From contig DATGHI010000100.1 of the NCBI GenBank assembly GCA_035308065.1, positions 1 through 30,111 of the forward strand: a stretch of 30,111 nt of DNA, given 5' to 3'. Below the pieces are notes generated by a model. It did not search any database and had not been told where the DNA came from. It was given only the letters and a program-made list of their open reading frames with translations. Below, one piece after another: positions 22,944-30,111 of this stretch. The stretch is from Gammaproteobacteria bacterium. Lineage in GTDB: Bacteria; Pseudomonadota; Gammaproteobacteria; Natronospirales; REEB76. The number at the start of each line of letters is the position of its first letter. Positions within the stretch are counted from its first letter, which is position 1. Position numbers and translations under genes: made by a program.

Positions 22944-24611
22944 GTGGAAAGACTTTGGCTCAAGGAATATCCCGCCGGCGTACCCGCCGAGATAGATGTC
23001 AACGCCTATTCCTCGGTGAAAGAGATCTTCGAGGACAGCGCGACCAAGTTCCGTGACCGGCCGTGCTTCACCAACATGGGCGTGGCGCTGAACTACGGCG
23101 AAGTGGACGTCTTGAGCGCCCGCTTCGGCGCCTGGCTGCAGCACGAACGCGGCTTCAAGCGCGGCGACCGGGTCGCCATCATGATGCCAAACCTGTTGCA
23201 GTATCCCGTGGCGTTGTTCGGCATCCTGCGCGCCGGTCTCACGGTGGTGAACGTCAACCCCCTCTACACCGCCCGCGAGCTGGAGCACCAACTCAAGGAT
23301 TGCGGCGCCCGCGGCATCGTAATCCTGGAGAACTTCGCCCACACCCTGCAGGAAGTGGCGGACCGGGCCGGGCTCGACACCGTCGTGACCACCCAGATCG
23401 GCGACCTGTTCCCGCAGCCGAAGCGCATGATCGTGAACTTCGTGGTCAAGACGGTGAAGAAGATGGTGCCGGCCTGGAGCTTGCCGGGCAGCATCAGTTT
23501 CCGCGACGTGCTCGCCGCCGGGGCAAAGCACCCGCTCACTCCCGTGGAACTCAACCACCAGGACGTGGCTTTCCTGCAGTACACTGGCGGCACCACCGGC
23601 GTGTCTAAGGGCGCGGTGCTCACCCACGGCAACATGGTGGGCAACGTGGTGCAGGCCTCTGCCTGGCTGGGCAAGGGTCTGGATGCGGGCAAGGAGACGG
23701 TGATCACGGCGCTGCCGCTGTACCACATCTTCTCGCTCACCGCGAACTGCATGGTCTTCATGACGCTCGGCGGCCGCAACGTGCTCATCACCAATCCGCG
23801 GGACATCCCCGGTTTCGTAAAGACCTTGCAGGAGCAGCCCTTCAGCGTCATCACCGGCGTCAACACGCTCTTCAACGCGCTCTTGCATGCGCCCGGTTTC
23901 GACAAGCTGGATTTCTCCGGCCTCAAGCTCGCCCTCGGGGGCGGCATGGCGGTGCAGCGCGCCGTGGCGGAGAACTGGAAGCGCGTCACCGGCAAGCCCA
24001 TCGTCGAGGCCTACGGCCTCACCGAGACTTCCCCGGCCGCCTGCATCAACCCGCTGGACCTCAAGGACTACAACGGCAGCATCGGCCTGCCGATCCCGTC
24101 CACCGATCTCTCCATCCGCGATGACGACGGCAAGGAACTCGCGGTGGGCGAGGTGGGCGAACTCTGTTTCAAGGGACCGCAGGTGATGCGCGGCTACTGG
24201 AACCGCCCCGACGAGACCGCCAAGGTACTGTCTATGGACGGCTGGCTGCGCACCGGTGACATGGGGAGGGTGGACGACCGCGGCTTCGTCTACATCGTGG
24301 ACCGAAAGAAGGACATGATCCTGGTATCCGGCTTCAACGTCTATCCGAACGAAGTGGAGGACGTGGTGATGATGCACCCGGGCGTGCGCGAGTGCGCTGC
24401 CGTCGGCGTGCCAGATGAGCATTCGGGCGAGGTGGTGAAGCTGTTCGTGGTGCGCAAGGACCCGAATCTCACTGCCGAGGAGATCATCGCCCACTGCCAC
24501 AAGTACCTGACGGGCTACAAGGTTCCGAAGCACGTGGAGTTCCGCACGGAATTGCCTAAATCTAATGTAGGTAAGATTCTGAGGCGCGAGCTTCGTCAGA
24601 AAGCGTCCTAA
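22944..24611 (+). CDS. fadD: Long-chain fatty acid--CoA ligase
   Basis: N-terminus (V)ERLWLKEYPAGVPAEID; YTGGTTGVSKG; EAYGLTETSP; DGWLRTGD; DRKKDMILVSGFNVYPNE; LPKSNVGKILRREL. GGGGAAG RBS. Confidence 0.95.
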   Translation: MERLWLKEYPAGVPAEIDVNAYSSVKEIFEDSATKFRDRPCFTNMGVALNYGEVDVLSARFGAWLQHERGFKRGDRVAIMMPNLLQYPVALFGILRAGLTVVNVNPLYTARELEHQLKDCGARGIVILENFAHTLQEVADRAGLDTVVTTQIGDLFPQPKRMIVNFVVKTVKKMVPAWSLPGSISFRDVLAAGAKHPLTPVELNHQDVAFLQYTGGTTGVSKGAVLTHGNMVGNVVQASAWLGKGLDAGKETVITALPLYHIFSLTANCMVFMTLGGRNVLITNPRDIPGFVKTLQEQPFSVITGVNTLFNALLHAPGFDKLDFSGLKLALGGGMAVQRAVAENWKRVTGKPIVEAYGLTETSPAACINPLDLKDYNGSIGLPIPSTDLSIRDDDGKELAVGEVGELCFKGPQVMRGYWNRPDETAKVLSMDGWLRTGDMGRVDDRGFVYIVDRKKDMILVSGFNVYPNEVEDVVMMHPGVRECAAVGVPDEHSGEVVKLFVVRKDPNLTAEEIIAHCHKYLTGYKVPKHVEFRTELPKSNVGKILRRELRQKAS

Positions 24612-24733
24612 AAGCTGCTGCGCTCGGCATGGCTTCGTTGCGGTCCGGCTCGCAATCCTCACGTACTGAAGAGTACGCTCCGGTTGCTCGCCTCCCGCGC
24701 CTCGCCCTACCTCCGCTCGCGACGCTTTTAGGA
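24606..24733 (+). mobile_element. MITE-like intergenic element B (128 bp, 10-bp terminal inverted repeat TCCTAAAAGC)
   Basis: TIRs at 24606-24615 and 24724-24733; ends shared with element A; internal hairpin CGTACT-GAAG-AGTACG; left TIR contains the fadD TAA. Confidence 0.68.
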
Positions 24734-24752
24734 TCTTCTTATTCAGAGCCTA

Positions 24753-25571
24753 ATGAAGACTGAGTTACCAATAGGTATATTCGATTCCGGTGTCGGCGGC
24801 TTGACGGTCCTCAAGGCCCTGCGCGCACGTCTTCCCCACGAACATCTCCTCTACCTCGGCGACACCGCGCGCCTGCCCTACGGCACCAAGGGGCCCCACA
24901 CCGTCTCCCGCTACGCCGTGCAGGCGGCCTCGCATCTGGTGGAGCGGGGCATCAAGCTCTTGGTGGTGGCCTGCAACACTGCTTCCGCCGTGGCCATGCC
25001 GGCGTTGGCCGGAGAGTTCGCGCCACTGCCGGTCATGGGCGTGGTGGAGGCGGGGGCCGAGGCGGCCGTGGCCGCGTCCCACACCGGGCACATCGCGGTG
25101 CTCGCCACCGAGAGCACGGTCCAAGGCGGCGCCTACGAGCGCGCCATCAAGGCCCTGCGTCGTGACGCCCAGGTCTATTCCCAGGCCTGTTCCCTGTTCG
25201 TGGCGCTCGCCGAGGAAGGCTGGACTCGGGGGCCTCTGGTGGAGTCGGTGGTGCGGGAATACCTTCACCCGCTGCTGGAAGAGAAGCGACGCGACGGCTT
25301 GGACTCGCTGGTGCTGGGCTGCACCCATTTCCCGTTGCTCAAAGACACCATCGCCCATGTGGCAGGACCGAATATGCGGCTCGTGGATTCCGGCGAGACC
25401 GTGGCGGCCGCAGTGGCGAAGCTGCTCGCGGAAAGGAAACTTGCCCGCAGCGCGGCCCGGGGCGATGCCCGCTATCTCGCCACCGACGGCGCGGAACGCT
25501 TCGCACGCGTCGGCAGCCTGTTCCTGGGGGAAGCCATCGAGTCTTCCGATGTCGAGATCGTGGATCTCTAG
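24753..25571 (+). CDS. murI: Glutamate racemase
   Basis: IGIFDSGVGGLTV, GDTARLPYGTK, VVACNTAS and VLGCTHFP catalytic Cys motifs. Confidence 0.96.
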   Translation: MKTELPIGIFDSGVGGLTVLKALRARLPHEHLLYLGDTARLPYGTKGPHTVSRYAVQAASHLVERGIKLLVVACNTASAVAMPALAGEFAPLPVMGVVEAGAEAAVAASHTGHIAVLATESTVQGGAYERAIKALRRDAQVYSQACSLFVALAEEGWTRGPLVESVVREYLHPLLEEKRRDGLDSLVLGCTHFPLLKDTIAHVAGPNMRLVDSGETVAAAVAKLLAERKLARSAARGDARYLATDGAERFARVGSLFLGEAIESSDVEIVDL

Positions 25572-25593
25572 GCGGGAGTGCCGGTAACCGGCC

Positions 25594-25614
25594 CCGTGGA
25601 TACCATAATCACGG
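25594..25614 (+). promoter_or_regulatory. Candidate -10 (TACCAT / CATAAT) flanked by inverted CCGTG...CACGG
   Basis: Hexamers at 25601-25609 sit inside a short inverted repeat in the 182-nt gap before the large secreted gene. Confidence 0.35.
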
Positions 25615-25753
25615 ATTCCGTCGTATCACTGACGTTCACTCACGCTTCCGCGGCACATGCTCTAAACTCTCCCTGTCCATCCGCGTGCGCTCCCGCTACC
25701 CGTGTCGCGGCGCACACACCGTATCTTCGCGAACATCTGCAAGGAGTGTTCCC

Positions 25754-28700
25754 ATGAAACACCCGATCGTGTTCCGGTGGTCCCGTTTACTGTTGCTTCC
25801 CCTTGCGCTCGTGTTGCTCGGCGCGGGGACGGCGGATGAAGCGCCGTTCGCGTCGCTCACCGCCAAGCTGTCCTGGCGCAGCATCGGCCCCTATATCGGC
25901 GGACGCGTGGTAGCGGTGGCCGGCGTACCGGGGGACAACGATTTGTTCTACATGGGCGGAGTGGACGGCGGCATCTGGAAGAGCACCGACTACGGCGTGA
26001 GGTGGACTAACCTGAGCGACGGGAAACTCCCTGGGACCAGCGATAGCATCGGTGCGCTGGCGGTGGCGCCCTCCAACCCAAAGATCCTCTATGCCGGCAC
26101 CGGCGAGAGCGATATCCGCGGCGACTTCGTCACCGGGGACGGGGTGTTCCGCTCCGATGACGCCGGCGCCACCTGGAAGGCCGCGGGCCTCGAAGACACC
26201 CATACCATCAGCGGCCTGGCGGTGGATCCCCACCATCCCGATGTGGTGTACGCCTCCTCCATGGGTCACGTGTTCAAGCCCGACGAGCAGCGCGGGGTGT
26301 TCAAGTCCACCGACGGTGGCAAGACCTGGAAGCGCATCCTGTATGTGGACGACAAGACGGGCGCCATCAACTTGGTCATGGACCCGAAGAACGCTGACAT
26401 CCTGTACGCGGCCATGTGGCAGGCCTACCGCAACGCCTGGTCGCTCTCCAGCGGCGGCGAAGGCAGCGGCCTCTACAAGACCACTGACGGTGGCGCGCAT
26501 TGGACCAACCTCTCGCGCAACAAGGGTTTCCCGTCCGGCGTGTTGGGGCGGGTCGGCGTCGGAGTCGCGGCCAGCGATCCCCGGGTGGTGTATGTCATCG
26601 CGCAGGCGCATGAGGGCGGCGTGTTCCGCTCCGACGACGGCGGCGCGACCTGGACGCGAGTCAACGAGGAATGGAAGCTCCGGCAACGGGCGTTCTACTA
26701 CATGACGATCTACGTGGACCCGAAGGATCCGGATACGGTCTATGCGCCGGAGGTGGACGCGTTGTTCGTTTCCCATGACGGGGGGAAGACCTTCAAGAAG
26801 CTGCGCACTCCCCACGGCGACAACCACGTGCTGTGGATCAATCCCGATGACACACGCATCTTGCTGGAGGGCAACGATGGCGGCGCTACGGTATCCACCG
26901 ACGGCGGCGCGACCTGGAGCGAGGAGCACAATCAGCCCACGGGCCAGTTCTACCACGTGAACCTGGACGGCCGTTTTCCCTTCCACGTGTACGGCGCGCA
27001 GCAGGACGAGGGCTCCTTCGAGGGCCCGAGCGCCAGCAGCGGCGGCGCGATCCCGCTCGCCGCCTGGCGCCGTGCCGCCTACGGCGAGAGCACCTTCACG
27101 GTGCCGCGCCCCGGCCATCCGGGCGTGAGCTATGGCAGCGGATATTTCAGTATCTTCCTGAGCTACGCCCCGGATGACGAGGAATACCGCAGCGAGAGCC
27201 CCTGGCCGGATTACCAGGAAGGCTCCTCCGCCGGCGAACTGGCTTACCGCTTCGCCTGGACCCATCCGATCTTGTTCTCGCCCACCAAGCCCGATGAGTT
27301 GTTGGTGGGCGCGCAGTACGTGTTGAAGAGCGAGGACGCGGGCGCCACCTGGAAGCGCATCAGCCCGGATCTGTCGCGCAATGATCCGGCCACCGAGGCG
27401 CCCACCGGCGGCCCCATCGACCTCGACCAGACCGGGGCCGAGATCTATGCCACGGTGTCGGCCTTGGCGGTCTCGCCGCTCGACGACGGTGTCATCTGGG
27501 CGGGCTCCGACGACGGCCTGGCGCACGTGACCACCGACGGTGGCGACCACTGGCAGGATGTGACTCCCAAGGACCTGCCTCAGACCGCGTACGTCACATG
27601 CATCGAGCCTTCCCACGCGGACAAGGGCACGGCCTACATGACCGTGAGCCGCTACATGTGGGACGACTTCCATCCCTACGTGTATGAGACCACCGATTTC
27701 GGCGCCCACTGGACGCCGCTCGCCGCCGGCCTGCCCGACGGGGAATACGCGTTCGCGGTGCGCCAGGATCCGGACGATGCCCGCTTGCTGTTCCTCGGCA
27801 CGCGCAGCAGCGTGTTCGTGAGCCTGGACAGTGGCGGGAATTGGCAGCCGCTCGCCCTCAATCTACCCCATGTGCAGGTGCGCGACCTCGCCGTCGACAC
27901 CCGCGAAGGCGAAGTGGTGGCCGCGACCCACGGCCGCTCTTTCTGGGTGCTTGGCGATCTCGCGTTCCTGGAACAGCTCACGGGCGCTTCCCCCGGTGCG
28001 GGCGGCGCGCGTCTGTTCGTGCCGGAGAACGCTTGGCTCAGTCACGCCTACGGACAGTCCGGCGGGCCGTTCACTCCGCCCGCTTCCGGTGAGAATCCTG
28101 CGTTCGGCGCTACCGTGTATTTCATGCTTCCCAAGGACTATGACGGCAAGACACCCGTGAGCCTTTCGTTCATGGACTCCACCGGCAAACTGGTGCGGCG
28201 CTTCGAGCTGCACCTGAAGCCCAAGGGCGCGGCGGAGAAGACGCCAGAGCAACTCGCGGAAGAGGCCCCGTCGGAGCGCAAGCGATACCAGGAGGAGAAG
28301 CTCACGGCCGTCACCCCTGGCATGAACCGCTTCGAGTGGAACCTGCGTTATCCCGATGCCACGGAGGTCAAGGGTTTCGAGACGCCGGTGGCCGCCGGCG
28401 GGCTGGAGGATGGCGTCGATGGGCCCGAGGTCGTGCCGGGACGTTATCGCGTGACGCTGGATTACGGCGGCAAGAGCCAGCAGCAGGATTTCGACGTGGC
28501 GCTGGATCCGCGCCTGCACCCGGGAGCAGGCGCGCTGGACGCGCGTCTCGCCTTGGAGATGCAGATCCACGATGACCTGGACCGCCTGGACCAGGCGCTC
28601 AACCAGGCCATCGAAGCGCGCGATGCCCTGCACGAGGCGGCATTGAAACACCGCCCAGACGAAGAGAGCGCCAGACGGGCCATCGCCGACCTGGACGCCA

Positions 28701-28927
28701 GCATCGGGGGGTTGGTGCAGTTGGACATCTATTCCAGTGAGAGCAGCGTGCTGCATCCCACCAAGCTGCGCGACCATCTGGCCTACCTCGTCGCCGAGAC
28801 GGGGCTGGATTACGATCAGCCGACGGCCGCCGAATACGCGGTGTTCAAGGAGCTGGACGATGAGACCCAGGCAGGTGTACGCCAGTTACAGCAGGACACG
28901 GAGGCGGCGAAGCGTCTGACCCATTGA
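25754..28927 (+). CDS. Large secreted Asp-box (BNR) repeat / VPS10-sortilin-like beta-propeller protein (often annotated glycosyl hydrolase)
   Basis: AAGGAG RBS; signal peptide; WRSIGPYIGGR; 11 SxDxGxTW-type Asp-boxes; C-terminal beta domain and helical tail; 1057 aa. Confidence 0.88.
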   Translation: MKHPIVFRWSRLLLLPLALVLLGAGTADEAPFASLTAKLSWRSIGPYIGGRVVAVAGVPGDNDLFYMGGVDGGIWKSTDYGVRWTNLSDGKLPGTSDSIGALAVAPSNPKILYAGTGESDIRGDFVTGDGVFRSDDAGATWKAAGLEDTHTISGLAVDPHHPDVVYASSMGHVFKPDEQRGVFKSTDGGKTWKRILYVDDKTGAINLVMDPKNADILYAAMWQAYRNAWSLSSGGEGSGLYKTTDGGAHWTNLSRNKGFPSGVLGRVGVGVAASDPRVVYVIAQAHEGGVFRSDDGGATWTRVNEEWKLRQRAFYYMTIYVDPKDPDTVYAPEVDALFVSHDGGKTFKKLRTPHGDNHVLWINPDDTRILLEGNDGGATVSTDGGATWSEEHNQPTGQFYHVNLDGRFPFHVYGAQQDEGSFEGPSASSGGAIPLAAWRRAAYGESTFTVPRPGHPGVSYGSGYFSIFLSYAPDDEEYRSESPWPDYQEGSSAGELAYRFAWTHPILFSPTKPDELLVGAQYVLKSEDAGATWKRISPDLSRNDPATEAPTGGPIDLDQTGAEIYATVSALAVSPLDDGVIWAGSDDGLAHVTTDGGDHWQDVTPKDLPQTAYVTCIEPSHADKGTAYMTVSRYMWDDFHPYVYETTDFGAHWTPLAAGLPDGEYAFAVRQDPDDARLLFLGTRSSVFVSLDSGGNWQPLALNLPHVQVRDLAVDTREGEVVAATHGRSFWVLGDLAFLEQLTGASPGAGGARLFVPENAWLSHAYGQSGGPFTPPASGENPAFGATVYFMLPKDYDGKTPVSLSFMDSTGKLVRRFELHLKPKGAAEKTPEQLAEEAPSERKRYQEEKLTAVTPGMNRFEWNLRYPDATEVKGFETPVAAGGLEDGVDGPEVVPGRYRVTLDYGGKSQQQDFDVALDPRLHPGAGALDARLALEMQIHDDLDRLDQALNQAIEARDALHEAALKHRPDEESARRAIADLDASIGGLVQLDIYSSESSVLHPTKLRDHLAYLVAETGLDYDQPTAAEYAVFKELDDETQAGVRQLQQDTEAAKRLTH

Positions 28928-28934
28928 ACGGGCA

Positions 28935-28972
28935 CGGGTTCCGCCGGAGTCCCGGCGGGACCCGCGGTTTTC
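28935..28972 (+). terminator. Probable rho-independent terminator
   Basis: CGGGTTCCGCCGG - AGTC - CCGGCGGGACCCG stem (one G-U) followed by CGGTTTTC, between convergent genes. Confidence 0.65.
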
Positions 28973-30111
28973 TCAGTGCCGCGTCTCGGCGCTGGCCGCT
29001 TCGAGATGCAGCGTGCGCCAACCGCTTTTGACACCCCAGACGAAGAAGCCCGCACCGAAAGCCGCCACGATCAGAAGATCCCAGCCGAAGGGCATCAAGC
29101 CGATACCGCCGAACTGGTCACTGCCAATATAGGACAGCACCGCTACGCCGGGTAGGTAGATGACTAGCCATAGCGCACCGCGCATGTGCTGGCCAAAGTC
29201 CTTCCAGCCGCCTACCCACTCGTAGTAGATCCACAACAGCAGTACAGGTAATAGGGTGATTAGCACCTTGCCGGTGAGCGGCCAGCGTGCCCAGTAAAGC
29301 ACCAGTGTGCCCAAGGTGAAGGCCGCCCCAGCCAGCCATTTCAGAGCTGGCAACTTCAGGGGCCGCGCCTTCTCCGGCGCGATGTCGCGCAGTACTGCAA
29401 CGCTCACCGGGCCGATGAGGTAGGAGAGCACGCAAGCCACAGAAGTCACGTCGGCGCCCTTGTCCCAGCCCTGGAACCAGAAGAAGAAGATGAACGCCAC
29501 CACCAGGTTGAGCCACATGGCCGGGCGCGGGATGCCGTACACCGGATGCACCGTACCGAACACCTTCGGCAGGATGCCATTGCGCTCCATGCCCCAGAGC
29601 ATGCGGGAGCTGGAGGCGGTGTAAGTAGAGCCGGTACCGCTGGGGCTCACGAAGGCATCCACGTAGAGCAGGATGGCCAGGAAGTTGATGTTTGCCGCCA
29701 GCGCCAGCTGTGCATAAGGCGAGCTGAATTGGATGCCGCTCCAACCGGCCTTGGTGAGCATCTCAGCAGGCACCGCTCCTAGGAAGCCCACCTGCAGCAG
29801 TACATAGATGAACGCGCAGATCACGATGGACCCGATCACGGCGATGGGTACGTCGCGGCTGGGGTTCTTAGATTCGCCCGCCAGGTTCACCGGGCTCTGG
29901 AAACCGTTGAAGCTGAAAACGATGCCGGCGGTGGCCACAGCGGTCAACACCGCGGCCAGGTCGCTCACGTGGGCCCCGCCGTGTGTGCCGACGTCGAAGT
30001 TGCCGGAATGGAAACCGGAAGCGATCAGAAGCACCGCCGTCAGTGCCGGGATGATGAGCTTGAAGGTGGTGATGGCGGTGTTGGTGCGGGCGAAGAGCTT
30101 CACGCTCCAGA
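28973..30111 (-). CDS. APC family amino acid permease, 5'-truncated by window edge
   Basis: Frame continues off the edge (...WSVKLFARTNTAIT); GIVFSFNGFQSPVNLAGESKNP, DAFVSPSGTG; multiple TM helices. Confidence 0.92.
   Translation of the reverse strand, partial: WSVKLFARTNTAITTFKLIIPALTAVLLIASGFHSGNFDVGTHGGAHVSDLAAVLTAVATAGIVFSFNGFQSPVNLAGESKNPSRDVPIAVIGSIVICAFIYVLLQVGFLGAVPAEMLTKAGWSGIQFSSPYAQLALAANINFLAILLYVDAFVSPSGTGSTYTASSSRMLWGMERNGILPKVFGTVHPVYGIPRPAMWLNLVVAFIFFFWFQGWDKGADVTSVACVLSYLIGPVSVAVLRDIAPEKARPLKLPALKWLAGAAFTLGTLVLYWARWPLTGKVLITLLPVLLLWIYYEWVGGWKDFGQHMRGALWLVIYLPGVAVLSYIGSDQFGGIGLMPFGWDLLIVAAFGAGFFVWGVKSGWRTLHLEAASAETRH

Noticed and set aside
22080-24662. Very long ORFs on both strands (843 and 849 aa) suggesting fusions or overlapping genes
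   Set aside because: Each is a real gene (fadD from 22944; SDR from 22871) plus an extension through the antisense of the other. High-GC codon bias keeps antisense frames open, and the extensions have no motifs.
25787-27709. 640-aa antisense ORF and recurring SxDGG DNA motifs as a possible repeat array/CRISPR
   Set aside because: Antisense shadow of the propeller gene. The recurring motifs are protein Asp-boxes with irregular spacing and no identical DNA direct repeats.
1-30111. tRNA, rRNA, integrase, transposase, prophage or defence-system genes
   Set aside because: None recognised by eye. Intergenic gaps are short and explained by promoters, terminators or the two MITE-like elements; a covariance-model scan would be needed to exclude small ncRNAs.

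Overview
A GC-rich (roughly two-thirds G+C by eye) bacterial chromosomal segment, most consistent with a Gammaproteobacterium (E. coli-like ybbAP/tesA layout, fadD, murI, ada-alkA/ogt). It is densely coding, with about 37 genes covering amino-acid/polyamine metabolism (ltaE, FAH-family hydrolase, deoxyhypusine-synthase-like protein, hprA-like dehydrogenase), alkylation repair (Ada-AlkA fusion, Ogt), membrane/envelope proteins (two MAPEG, DMT, YeiH, DUF2784, lipoproteins, a small beta-barrel), a type VII ABC transporter with TesA, lipid enzymes (diiron ferritin-like protein, SDR, FadD), MurI, a large Asp-box/VPS10-like secreted protein and a truncated APC permease. I see no rRNA, tRNA, CRISPR array, integrase or transposase. 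The most notable observations are: (i) two related ~130-bp MITE-like elements with conserved ends and different interiors, each directly after a stop codon and bracketing the divergent SDR/fadD pair; (ii) a MAPEG - Zn-ribbon - degenerate K-channel-like - MAPEG cluster; (iii) a 16-codon Rossmann-fold gene remnant in a lipid-enzyme neighbourhood; (iv) an extra Cys-rich secreted gene coupled to ybbAP; (v) five genes with a -10 box 6-7 nt before the ATG, i.e. probable leaderless mRNAs; and (vi) small proteins that are uncharacterised or missed by the ORF track. All family assignments come from motif recognition without database searches.
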